From Lytechinus pictus (lineage: Eukaryota): a stretch of DNA of 64,000 bases. The stretch spans positions 33,544,001-33,608,000 of the forward strand of contig NC_087245.1 in assembly GCF_037042905.1 (NCBI RefSeq), read 5' to 3'. Positions 51,125 to 64,000 of the stretch are shown in pieces. The notes beneath the pieces were generated by a model. It was not told the DNA's origin and searched no databases. It was given only the letters and a program-made list of their open reading frames with translations. Made by a program: the position numbers and the translations under genes. Position 1 is the stretch's first letter. Each line of letters starts with the position of its first letter.

Positions 51125-52360
51125 GATTTGGCCTCATCGCGCCGCCGCAGAGATTTCCTTGTGAGCGCTCTACCAGCTGCATTTCTTCTCCGATTATCTT
51201 CAATTTTGGCATGAAGGTCCATTATTGTAAAGCAAAGCCGCCTATCGATTTTGGTGTGGGCGGACACATCGTTGCCATGGTAACGAGTTTTTGTGGAGAT
51301 AGCAGAGATTTCCTTGTGAGCGCTCTACCAGCTCCATTTTTAGCTCCGATCATCTTCAAATGTGACAAGAAGGTCCATTATGGTAAAGCAAAGCCGCATT
51401 TTGGTGTGGGCGGGGACATCATTGCCATGGTAACAATAGTTTTTTTTTTGGAAATAAAAGAGATATGGCCTTGTGAGCGCTCTACCAGCTGCATTTCTTC
51501 TCCGATCATCTTCGAATGTGGCATGAAGGTCCATTATGGTAAAGCAAGGCCGCCTATTGATTTTTGTGTGGGCGAAGACATTGTTGCCATGGTAACAAGA
51601 GTTTATGTGGAAATAGCAGAGATTTCCTTGTAAGTGCTCTACTGGCTGTGTTTCTTCTACAGTCATCTTCAAATGTGGCATGAAGGTCCATTATGGTAAA
51701 TCAAAACCGCCTAATCATTTTGGGATGGGTGGTGACTTGGTTGCCATGGTAAACACATTTTATGTGGAAAATTTGATTAAACCTGTAGCCTCTGCTTTTT
51801 TCAGTTTGTCATAAGAGTTGGCACATAGAAGCAATATCAGAAGGTACATGTAAAGCGAAGATGCCTATCATTTTGGTGGGGGAGGGGTGTTCTTTATTGC
51901 CATGGTAACAATCCAAGTGAGTGTTAACAATAACTATGACAATCCAATTTATCATGCTTACTTCATTCCAAAGTACATGTATCATAATACCTTGCTGTTC
52001 CCATATAGAAAGTTTGTCATAGCAGTTGGCACACAGAAGCAATATTAGAAGGTAAAGCGAATATGCTTATCATTTTTGGTTGGGGGGGGGGGTTTTAGAG
52101 TTAGGTTTACAAAATATATCCAGATTATTCCCCAACAGGTGCTACTGGAGAATACTTAAGGTTTTGCAGAGTCACGCTGCTGCGTCATATTATTATCATC
52201 AAATTTAGTACCCAGATGCAAAATGAGGGCAGGGTCATTGTTGCCATGATAATTGTATAAATAATGTGTCACTGAGCTCTATATATCGCATTGATGGATG
52301 ATGCGGTGGGTTCGGGGGATACGTCTGCTCGGCCGCGCCACCCGCCGATCATTTTTAGTT
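51125..52360 (+). repeat. Helentron/HINE-like element with about four 155-158-bp tandem units
   Basis: GAGATTTCCTTGTGAGCGCTCTAC units near 51150, 51305, 51460 and 51620; GC-rich hairpin-like end at about 52300-52350. Confidence 0.7.
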
Positions 52361-55300
52361 ATCACATGAATTTTGTTTTTTGTGAATATTATTCATCTTA
52401 GTTTTTTTTCAAAGTCATCACTGCTGCTAGATGTACATGTATAATTATTCACCTAACGCAGGCGAGACTGCCAGAGGCGTCATCTTATTTGAGAAATTTC
52501 TTATATCAATAATGCCTAACATGAAAGTAGTACTACATGTTAGTGCCATTCCCTAGTATTTTCTCAAAGAGGCGAACCGAAAAGTCGATATCCTTCGCAT
52601 GTCATATTTATCCTTCGCTTACCGTTCGTTGATAACATTTTACAATAGTTACTGATCGCATGTTTTGACTGAAATTTTATTTGAAGTCATTGAATTCGCG
52701 TGCATTTTGTTCATTTTTCCCATTCGTCACCCTTCGTCCGCCTACATTCGGTCAGGTGTGAGGGGGCTTTTAACTTGTATATAGTTGCAAAAGAGTATGT
52801 AACTGAACATAAATGTGTAGCCAAGGTAATAAACAAGAACGAGTTTCTGAAAGTAGTCGCAAGGTTAAAGCATGGAGCTATAGGTTTGAACGTCACTGGA
52901 AAGGGAAATTGAGAAGGGTTGAGGATAGTAATACTTCTGGAAGTAGATGCAAGGTCGCAAAGAAGGGAGCGCTGTTAGAGATTTCTGAAAAACGAATGAA
53001 AGTCAGAATGAGGAGAATACCGAGTGGACAGACCAGAAGAGTTTGACCCTGAGCAAGTTAGATTACAGTACAAGAGGGTGCTTGGCTGTGTGAAGGTTAC
53101 TGGGCAAGTTGGAATTGACATTCACAAGTGATCTTAGCAAGATAATCTTTACCTAAATGAGTAGAATACAATTTAATATGAATAATAATTAAAACAAAAG
53201 AATGGAAACATATACATGAACATGATTAGAGAATATCGATCATCATAACCAAAATGCGTGACAAATATGCTGTCCCCTGTTCAGCTCTCATAATATTTTT
53301 AGTAGTATCATTCTGTTATGATCTATATATAAAGTCTAACGATGGTACAGTGACTGGAATTAATTATTATTTTACCTTTGTCTCGGCCCTTTCCTTCGAA
53401 GCTTCAGACTCTCCGGGTGTTCTCATGACGATTTTGATATACATGTATATCAAGACAAATTAAGAGCGTGATCCGAAAACGGGCAATAAATTATGGTATG
53501 TATAACTAATTGTTAAATACGTTTCCTTTATTCACTTAACAGCAAAATGAATAGAATCGAAAGACAAACTTAGATGGAAAGTACTTTACTGCAACATAAT
53601 GTTATGGACAGCGCTTAAGTATGTGGGGGGGGGGGGGGGGGGGTTGCATGCCCTATTAAATGAAACATTTTTTTCTCCTCATTGCTAAGGACAATGGTTT
53701 TATTTAAGTTCATGGCCCATTCCTTATTTTCAATATCATTCTTTGTTATCTTCCTCTGACTTGTTGATTTATTTTTCATTTATGTTATTAACACCGTGCT
53801 GCTCCTACCACACTCTGAAAATATTGGGTAAAAATATTCCAGTGTGATGAAAATTTTGCCCATTCTAAAGTAAGAGCTGCTTCTGTTTACCTTACTGCCA
53901 AAAATTGGTTGGACACATAATTACCCTCGTGCTGGTTAAAATATTATCACCAAGTTTTCTACATAATTTTGTTTCGTATTGTCTACTTCTAGAATATGAT
54001 TAAATAATAAAACTTAAAACAAATCATAATTTGCTAGAATACTTTGTTTCCTGGGGAGGGGCCCCATTCTTCCCCAACTTTCACAGACATGGTAGATTTT
54101 GGTTTAGTTATGTAAACAACACTTGAAATCATCATCATCATCGTCATTTTATTACTTTACGCCCTCTCTTCAATATGCAGATAATGAAGTACGTACTTGT
54201 GAAATATATACACATCATAAACTGAAACCAAACACTTATAGTTGATGTTTATCAGTTCTTAACACAACAATATCAGTTTAACCCCTTGCATTTCATGATG
54301 ATGAGTGGATATTGCGTAATAAGATTGGTTTCATAATTCTTTTTTTTTTTGCTTAATGTCGCAGCTCAGGGAAGAGTTAATACAAATTTGGTATGAGTTT
54401 ATTAAAAAAAAAACGGCCGAGATTTCATCTACGAGCGCATTATTTTCATTGATTAATGTTTCGTAAATCGTATCATTCAAGAAACTCATCGACCGTGGTC
54501 AATTCCCGCTGAAATCATAATTTATTCAAACAGTTTTTCCTTTAAAAAAATATTGGTATAGGCAAGCGTTTATAATCGTAGATAAAAAATCAGTCATAGA
54601 TTCAGAAAGGTTCAATCAAAGATCCTGAAATTAGTGAAATCCAATCATTTTATCGAAAAAATATCTCAGATACATACTTCTTCCAGAATATATTTTCAAC
54701 ATTTTTGACAAGCTAAGAAGTTTATGACCCCGTTCATATATCAGCAAAAATCTGAATATGCTACTTTCGATGACGTATGCTCATATAAAAAATAACAATA
54801 CATGTACTTTGCTTCTTCGTTTAAAGAGGCAAATTTTAAATATATTTTGGTGAATTAATCAAGACGTATCAGCTCGTATAAAATTAATGCGTATTTATCT
54901 CTTCCCCTTCTTTGAAGGCCACCTCCAGTATATAGGCCTACACTTTTTTTTTCAAAGGAACAGATAGATTAGTCCAGTTTGACCCATCGCGACCTATCAA
55001 CCTTTCTCATAGCCCAACAATTACAGTGGGCGACTCACAAGACTCCCCACCTAGCGCCAATGAGGTTTAATTGGGATTGATTGGTTGTCTTTTTAAAAAA
55101 TCTTAATTTGCAGGGGATAGCATATATAGGAACATAGAAAGAATGAAAGCCAATAAGCTCTTACAAACTTTAAACTTTATCTCCATATTCCCTGTCTGGA
55201 TGTCTGTTCATGCCCCCCCCTTCTCTCTCTCACTTAAAAAAAAAAATTCCTTCCCTTATAAAGCGTAGTAACTGTATATATACTTTGCCTGCAAAACACC

Positions 55301-56769
55301 ATTTACAAAGTGTATGTGTTTTTCTTAATAGATATAACATATATGCATGTAGTAGAAAAGGGGATTAAATAAAATGGTGTCAACTTACCTCTATTATTAA
55401 ACAAGGTATGAAATTAATCCAAATATATGATATTCCTCCTAGAGTATTTTTTTATACAATCATTCGTTCCTTTGGCCAATATTGACTTGTACTTTTCATA
55501 CATTAACACACCACATGTTGAATCGAGAACTGCCAAAACTGGTTTCATTGTTACCATCGCGAGTTCGTTCTTCTTTCATGAGTAATGTACGACCATAATA
55601 AGCTGGGGAACAATTTAATTTACCGCCAGTTACTTGCGATGTACGTAGAGCGCGCCAGACAAGTTTCTAATCACCTGCCGTTTGATGTAAACAAACCAAA
55701 CAATAGAATATTGCTACAAATTCACCGTGCATGCTGTCCAAACAGGTGATCTCAAGAACAATGGATTAAAGGTTGATGATAACAATACACGCTCCTTTTG
55801 TAACAACATGAATGAACGAAAAATTCATCTGGGGCCTGTCTTAGCTGTCTTACAAAGAGTTACGAGTGATCCAGTCAATCGTAACTCTATGGAAATCCAT
55901 CAGTGTCATAAATTTTCCACAGGAAATTTTCACAATGTCCTTTGTAAACAAAGAGAAGGCGAGAAGCGCAGTGATTTTTTTAAAGAAAACAATGCATGAA
56001 TATACATCATAGCTAGAAAATATTTTGAACAAACATGCATAATACATGTAGACATTGCTGGCCGTCCATAGTTGTGATTGATTTGATCAATCGTAACTCT
56101 TTGTAAGACGAGGCTCTGTACAATTAAAGAAATTGTCAAACTGATCTTTCTAATGTACACGCACACAGGCATTTGACAGTAGATTTTGAACGCAATGAAC
56201 CGTATTTTGAGAAGAAAACAAGTGTACAAATAATTTGCCATTGCTTGCCATTTAATTCCATACGAGGCATCAAAACACATAGGCAATATGCCTAAATAAC
56301 ATAAAAGGTAATGAACATCAACACAATCTGAATAATGTCGTGAGACATAACAAAAGACTACATATGCATTAGAACTGTGGCATACTGAAAGATATGGTCA
56401 CGTGAACACCAGGAGGGTAGTAACTCCTCCCTGGGGCTGTTGATCACGTGACCCACCCGCAGGATAGTAGTTCCCACGGGTATTTCCCCTAAATCTTGGT
56501 AATCAACATCTTTGGAGCATATACTTTGATATTAATATTGGTGATCTGTCAGGTTTCAAACAATTTGTTTCTGAACACAAACCTTCTATATATTGTATAA
56601 GGCTATCCTTTCATGCTTCTTACCATTTACGTGTAACAACCAAAATTAGCCACATTATGTAATATGCTTCATTAAGTCTGAAAATACATATGACATGTAT
56701 ATCTATATATCCATACTATGGTTGTATCCGCAACTATCTGTGCACGCTTTCTTGATAAACGCTGTAATT

Positions 56770-58060
56770 GCCTGCCCAACCTTCCAACCTTATGCAGGCC
56801 AAAGAGCTACGTTCAGATTTCCTGTGCTCCTAATTATCAACATAAAATCAATATCTCTCCCAACCTCCCAACCAATGCTGACATAATTCTTCCCAACCTC
56901 CCAACCATGTCCTGTTTCACAGGAGTATCATAAATCTTGATAGACAAAATTTCCTAAATATTTTCCATGTAGCTTATTCGCATCATAGAGCTCAAGGACT
57001 CAATGTCTCTCCCAACCTCCCAACCATGCTGACATAATTCACCCCAACCTCCCAACCATTAGGTGATGTCTCACAGGAGCATCATAAATCGTGATACACA
57101 AAATTTCCTAAACATTTTCCATACTCCTAATTTCCCTCATAGAGCTCAAGGACTCAAAGTCTCTCACAACCATGATGACACAATTCTGCCCAGCCTCCCA
57201 ACCATAATGCAGAGCTGCCAACATGAACAAGAACATTTCAGTACTGTATTTTCAAGGCTGAAAATCATTATTTTGGTGAGGAAATTAGTATTTTCACAGG
57301 AATACCATAGGACAACACATAAACTGAAACTTAAGAAATCAGTATTTTGCATGAAACCACCAGTATTCTTCTCTATTTTCAGTACTAAATACGGAAAATC
57401 AGTACTACTTGGCAGCTCTGAAAATGTAACGTCCCACAGGAACATTATAAATCTTGATACACAAAATTTCCTAAACATTTTCCGTGCTCCTTATTTGCAT
57501 CATAGAGCTCAAGGACTCAATTTCTCATCCAACCTCCCAACCATGCTGGCATAATTCTGCCCAACCTCCCAACCATACATTAAAATCTCACAAGGATATC
57601 ATAAGTCGTGAAACACAAAATTTCCTATTTATTTTCCATGCTCTGTCGCTCCAAACTTCACAACCATGCAGACATAATTCTGTCCAGCCTCCCAACCGTG
57701 GTGTCTCACAGGAACATCATAAATCCTGATACACAAAATTTCCTAAACATTTTCCATGCTCCTTATTTGCATCATAGAGCTCAAGGACTCAATGTCTCTC
57801 CCAACCTCCCAACCATGCTGACATAATTCTGCCCAACCTCCCAACCATAGACTTAAATCTCACAAGAATATCATAAGTCGTGAAACACAAAATTTCCTAA
57901 TTATTTTCCATGCTCTGAATTCCATCAAAGAGACTCAAAACTCAATGTCGCTCCAAACCTACCAACCATGCTGACCTACTGTCGTAATTCTGCCCAGCCT
58001 CCCACCCATCATGTCATATTTCTTATGAATATCGTAAATCGTGATACACAAAATTCCTGG
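56770..58060. repeat. Degenerate tandem array with CCCAACCTCCCAACCAT subrepeats
   Basis: Recurring CCCAACCTCCCAACCATGCTGACATAATTC and CATAAATC.TGATACACAAAATTTCCTAAA blocks at roughly 120-170-bp spacing. Confidence 0.8.
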
Positions 58061-58099
58061 ATATGGCTATTCTCAACAGTAACTCAGCTCTACGTGTAA

Positions 58100-61000
58100 T
58101 AGTCCGGTCTGTTAGCGTCAAAAATGCCCTACTTGTGGACACGGTGGACAAAAGCATGATTTTTTCTCCAGACCTTTGTTTATGTATAAGAATTAAGAAT
58201 GGGGTATGCTCCAAAAAATCTGGCTGCAGGAACAGTGAAAAAAATGGGTGAAAATGTCCAAATTTATGAGTCTAGATTTGTCTGATATATAGACTAGCGC
58301 TAGTGCAAAACTCAATAGCAGTGCATTATTTTGCATTGGATTAGTTCTTGAATTCAGACCCTTCTTGAACAGATCTTCTGTTTGTCCTCACATCTCAATG
58401 CACCAAATATTTGAATGCAGATGCTTACCAAGCCGAAGGGTGACGGTGGAGGGGGTTGAATGTTGGTGTGTATGTACATATTTTGGTCTCGGGGTAAAGA
58501 TGTGCGATACATATTTTTTGCATGTGTTGGAAATTGTGTTGCCATGGTAACAGTGTATCATTGCAAAAATAAGGTAAAAATCTTGCTGTTAGAACTACTT
58601 CCTCTGTTTTCATCCGATTCTCATGAAATTTGGCACACACATTGGTCTTGAGGTGAAGATGTCTAAGACACATATTTGTGTGTCTTTCAGAAATCTTGTT
58701 GCCATGGTAACAACATATCATATGGTGAAAATTGGGAAAAAACTTACAATTCAAACTGCTTCATCAGTTTTCAATCAATTGTCATGAAATTTGGCACACA
58801 CATTGGTATTGAAGTAAAGATGTACAAGGCACTTTTTGTGTGTGTTTCAGAAATTGTGTTGCCATGGAAACAACATATTATATGACAAAATTTAGGTAAA
58901 AACCTTGCAATTTGAACTACTTCATCAGTTTTCAGTTTTGAACCAATTCTTATGAAATAATTATGGCTCACACATTGGCCTTGAGGTAAAGGTGTGCAAG
59001 AATCTTTTTTGCATTTGTCAGAGAGTACATTGCCTTTGTAACCACATATAGCCAGAAAAATGGGGATAACTCATTGTGGATCAATCTACTTCTCAGTTTT
59101 CAGCCTGTGCTGATAAAAGTTGACACAAATATTCATTTTGGGTAAAGATTCATATTTAGTGTTAAAAGGGAATTCAGCCTTGGTCATAATGTTATGTGCA
59201 TGGAAAAGGAGAAAAATAAGAATGGTGAAAGTTTGAAAGAAATCGGACAAGCAAAATAAAGTTATGGCTGCTTTAAAATTAAGATCCCTAAGGCTATTAG
59301 TATGTAGAATTCAAATTGGCAACTGGGTAAGTATAAATTATGACAAGGGATGAAGCCGCAAGGAAAACTTTCCCATAAGACGTACTTGTACTTAATTATT
59401 AGGATTTTTTGTTTTCTCCTAAATTCCTATTCCATTGGGGCTGTAATATAAACCCGGTAGTATAATGTTTTATGTCCTCATGAAAGAAAGATATAATTTG
59501 AAGTAAAACTTTTGAAAAAAGAAATTTTAGCCAATTAATTATTCCAGTACATGGAAGAGTGGTCCTTGCCTTACATCACTATGACATCACATATGCGGTC
59601 AATTTGAAGTCTTCATGGGTATAGTGATTACCAATGTTTACAACTTTTATATATTCTTATGGTTTGTCCGATATTGTTCAGACTTTGACATAAAAACTTG
59701 TCTGATTTTTAATTTTCCTCTAAAAAAAAATGTTTATTTGGGTTGGATTCCCCTTTATAACGTCATATAATAGCGAAGCGTATTAATCACCTTCAATTGG
59801 GGGAGGGGGGGGGGGGAGCGGAGAAGGTCCTTAAAAACTGACAACATAAAAAAATAGAAGGTTAAAGTCCATGAATATTAGGAACTTAAACACTCTTAAA
59901 AAAACACCCCTTCCATTTTTTTTTTGGGGGGGGCGGCTTTAGAAAATTGCCACATAAAAGAGTAAAAGGAAATTATTACGACTAGGAACTTAACCCCCCC
60001 CCCAAAAAAAAAAAAAGGGGGTGAAAAATCCTTTACACTTCAGCATATCAATTTAAAGCCTAAAACATTCTACTTTGAAAAAAAAAATGTTTCCGGTGTC
60101 CAATTAATCAATGGGTTATTTAGCTTCTTCTACTCAGTCTTTGTTCATTTCAGTTCCTACTCTGACTGTCTTTCATCACCTTTTGCACTCTTGAGCTTTA
60201 CCATGCCTTCTTGTTTTGTTCCCCCCCCCCCTCCTCTTTGCCTCCCTTTCTCAGTACATTTTTCTTTGCTATTTTAATTCATTATTATCTAACAACAATT
60301 ATTCCATTCTGAATGCTTACACCTACACCTAAATATAATACCATGACATTTGTTTTCCTTCATAATCATTTTTGGCTACACTCTGTCGATACTATTAGCA
60401 ATATTCAATGTCTAGTTTTGAAGAAATGACTGTCATGATATTATTTTTTCGGGGGGATTAAGTTCCTAGTCATAATCCTTTAACTTTTATGAGGTCATTT
60501 TCTAAAGACCCCCCCCCGCACAAAAAATAAGAGTAATGTTTAGCTCTAAAAGTGCAAAGACCCCTGAGGGGCAAAGGTGTAGACTGGTTTGAGCATGGGG
60601 AGGTAGAACTACAAGTGGTATGGGGAGGGGTGAACATCTTGAGGAGGTAGAACTAAGGTTTGGAAAATCAGCTGTTGAAAGTAGAAGGGGTGCACATTTC
60701 GTTTTGCTTGCCAGTGTTCTGCCTCAGCGGAAGGTTTCACATTCACCCAGTGTACTTCCAGCCTATGCCTTGAGGGGATGCGTTTTTTAAGAGTGTTTAT
60801 CATTTTTATGTTTCTAATGGCCACCGCCTTTGACCTTCTTTATTTTGATGTCAGATTTTAAGGACCAATCCCGCCCCTCCCTCCAAAACCTAGAAATATT
60901 AATGAAGGTGATTAATACCCCCACACTCTGGCGTGAACATTTTAATGCACAGAAGACATTTAGAATTTAAAATAAATCTTTACCTCAAGATGAATATTTC

Positions 61001-61996
61001 TTCCAACTTTTATGAGCACTGACTAAAAACAGGGGATGACCGAAGTAGTTTGATCCACAATGAGTTTTCCTGCATTTCTGGCTATCATATGTGGCTACCC
61101 TGGCAATGCACTAGTCTGACAAATGCAAAAAAAAAGGTTCTTGCTCATCTGTACCCCAAGGCCAATGTGTGGGCCAAATTTCACGAAAATTGGTTCAAAA
61201 CCTAAATTTTGCCATATAATATGTTGTTACCATGGCAACAAAATTTCTGAAACACACACAAAAAGTGCCTTGTACATGTTTACTTCAATACCAATGTGTG
61301 TGCCAAATTTCATGACAATTGATTGAAAACTGATGAAGCAGTTTGAATTGTAAGTTTTTATCCCAATTTTCACCATATAATATGTTGTTACCATGGCAAC
61401 AAGATTTCTGAAAGACACACAAAAATGTGTCTTAGACATCTTCACCTCAAGACCAATGTGTGCGCCAAACTTCATGAGAATCGGTTAAAAACAGAGGAAG
61501 TAGTTTCAATCTCCAAGATTTTTACCTTATTTTGCCATAATACACTGTTACCATGGCAACACAATTTCCAACACATGCGAAAAATGTATCTTGCACATCT
61601 TTACCCCATGACATGGGGTTGGTGTGCATGTACATCCACACCAACATTCAACCCCCTCCACCGTCACCCTTCGGCTTGGTTAGCATCTGCATTCAAATAT
61701 TTGGTGCATTGAGATGCGAGGACAGACAGAAGATCTGTTCAAAAAGGGTCTGAATTCAAGAACTAATCCAATGGAAAATAATGCACTGCTATTGAGTTTT
61801 GCACTAGCGCTAGTCTATATATCAGACAAATCTAGACTCATAAATTTGGACATTTTCACCCATTTTTTCACTGTTCCTGCAGCCAGATTTTTTGGAGCAT
61901 ACCCCATTCTTAATTCTTATACATAAACAAAGGTCTGGAGAAAAAATCATGCTTTTGTCCACCGTGTCCACATAATTTCGCTAACAGACCAGACTA
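58100..61996. mobile_element. Academ-like non-autonomous foldback element (3.9 kb, arms over 1 kb)
   Basis: Termini TAGTCCGGTCTGTTAGCG / CGCTAACAGACCAGACTA; TAA on both sides (58097-58099, 61997-61999); 58100-59155 mirrors about 60960-61996. Confidence 0.85.
59166..59754. mobile_element. Kolobok-like MITE within the Academ-like element
   Basis: TTAA|AAGGGAATTCAGCC ... GGTTGGATTCCCCT|TTAT; absent from the opposite arm; degenerate. Confidence 0.6.
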
Positions 61997-63083
61997 TAAA
62001 GTCAGTTGGTGTGGTAACACACAACAATCAATTATTGTTACACTGCAATGCTCACAGTCATGTAGCCCCTACACACTGTAACCTCGTGTTTCTATATTTT
62101 GTACTGACGTTAGGTCCTCTCCTCTCGATATTGTAAAACCCTGATATTATAAAACAAAAATACATAGGGTGGGAGGGGAGGGAAACTTGTTGCCTCGATG
62201 GGATTTCAAACTGCAATGGCTTTATACGAGCACATGTCATTATAGAGCCGGGGTAATAGTATGGAGCGCTTAGAATCATTTGTATTAAGCGCGATATGAA
62301 TGCTGCATATTATAATGCAAGTTCCCCGCTGTGATTAATTTACATGATATGCAACTAGTGATCAGATGCACGTTCTAACTCAATTTAAACTATTTACATA
62401 GTTAAGCACCTGACTTATTCTTCAATAAAGCTAACACTTGTCTCTCTCAAAATTTTACTGATCACTAACAATGATCATTACCTTTTAAGAGAGGTTTTGT
62501 TCAAAATAAGCGGGAAAAGGTTAAATATAGGTTTTCCCGTCCAATTTCGTCAAAATTTCAACCGATTTAATGATGTAATAATTCAATTTGCAACTAATTT
62601 GAATGACCTATGAGATCAGCATTTAAATAGCCTAATAATTAATTCAATTTAATTCTATTGGCACGCGATTTCATAGTTATCTCATTTAAACATTTATAAA
62701 GAACAATCAAATTAAAATAGCTGAAGAAGTGTTTTCAAATTCGCACCGGTACCTTCCTTGCGAACGTTTAGGAATTCAAAACCATTAATATGCAATCACT
62801 TATAAGATAATGACAGTGCTTTTCGTTGTTGTTGTTTTTTACTTCTTTTGAATAAATATGGAAATGGGTTTTACTTCTAAATTAGATGTTAAACATTTTA
62901 CTGAAATGTATCATCCATCTGTCAAACCATCATCGGAACAACAACTCGTTTTTGTTCCACTTTCATAACTATAGACTGTGGTCAATACCATGTTTCTTAT
63001 CCCTTCCCCAAAACGATATAAATTATAAAGAACAAGATGATGAAGAAAAATTACCTATCATTGGCATAGGCCACCCACTCACT

Positions 63084-63268
63084 CACTGGCGGATCCAGGG
63101 GGGGGGGGGCACAGCCGACTCGTGCCCCCCACCCTTTGAGAGGCACAATTAATTTTTTATTCGTGGACGAAATACCCTTATTCTTTAGTTAAAACGCTTT
63201 TTTTTTGCTCGTCAAATTCCTCGGGAAAATGTGCCCCCCCCTTTTGGGAAATCCTGGATCCGCCCCTG
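63084..63268. mobile_element. Small hAT-like MITE
   Basis: Ends CACTGGCGGATCCAGG / CCTGGATCCGCCCCTG; TSD degenerate. Confidence 0.7.
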
Positions 63269-64000
63269 CACCAAATCATCAATCACTAAAAGAATAAGCG
63301 TTTACAACCATATCCTATAAGTGTTACATGAATTACGTCTTTATCAAACATAATGGAATAAAATGATTCTAACTGAAAAGATCCGGAAATAATAGAAAGA
63401 GGTAAAGTTTGAAAAAAAATTGTATAAAGTAATAAAAAATGAACACAGAAACATGTTATCTGAATTTGGACGTTTAAAGTGCAAATATGTGTGCCGATAG
63501 ATGAAATTGAAAATGGTATTTTAGGCGAAATTAAACGATCAGTTCGTCGTCGCGAAATTAAATGACACCTTTGGGCCATTAATTTGAACGAATTTCTCTC
63601 TAAATTGCATTTCTACAAAATTCAAAGGAATGATATAGAACGGAATTGAATGCTAAATAAATGAAAATGAACTATGTGTGCAGAGGGTGGACGAAATATT
63701 TCGAATTTGAACGTCCTTTCATTAATTTAAATGAAACTCTGATGAAATTGGACTGGAAAACCTATATGTTCTCTTTGTTCGACCATTATTGATAATATAC
63801 TTCTCTTAAAATGTAGATATATTTAGCTGATTCGCTTCGCCATTTCGACAATAGTCCTCCTAGATTAAAATAAATCAGTTCCTCAAACAACTGGATTTGA
63901 TTATGAAGCACCTTTATTTCAAATAGTACTAACAGAAAAGAATTGTACGATCACACGATAATAATTTGAGTAACCAGGATCGTCCTATACCATGCACTTT

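Noticed and set aside
51073..51681. 186-aa repetitive ORF
   Set aside because: A by-product of the non-coding tandem repeat; unit lengths vary and the frame shifts between units.

Overview
Eukaryotic, AT-rich, repeat-dominated genomic DNA. The repeat families and a CUB exon suggest a marine invertebrate, probably an echinoderm (inference). The only well-supported host coding sequence is one minus-strand CUB-domain exon (24125-24457). Most other recognisable sequence is nested transposable elements: three degraded LINEs, a 5.75-kb PIF/Harbinger (broken DDE transposase plus MADF/Myb partner gene), a rearranged Gypsy gag-protease element, IS3EU-like and Academ-like foldback elements, Helentron-like tandem-repeat elements, many MITEs and a tRNA-derived SINE. 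The most striking structure is at about 8.6-23 kb. A ~1.6-kb non-coding DNA transposon family (56-bp TIR starting CAACGAACGTAGAGGGCAGC, 7-8-bp TSDs, P-element-like) is nested three deep inside itself, and five junctions fall in the same ~30-bp window of its own right subterminal region. This looks like a self-targeting element. All superfamily assignments come from termini, TSD length and protein motifs read by eye; no database searches were run.
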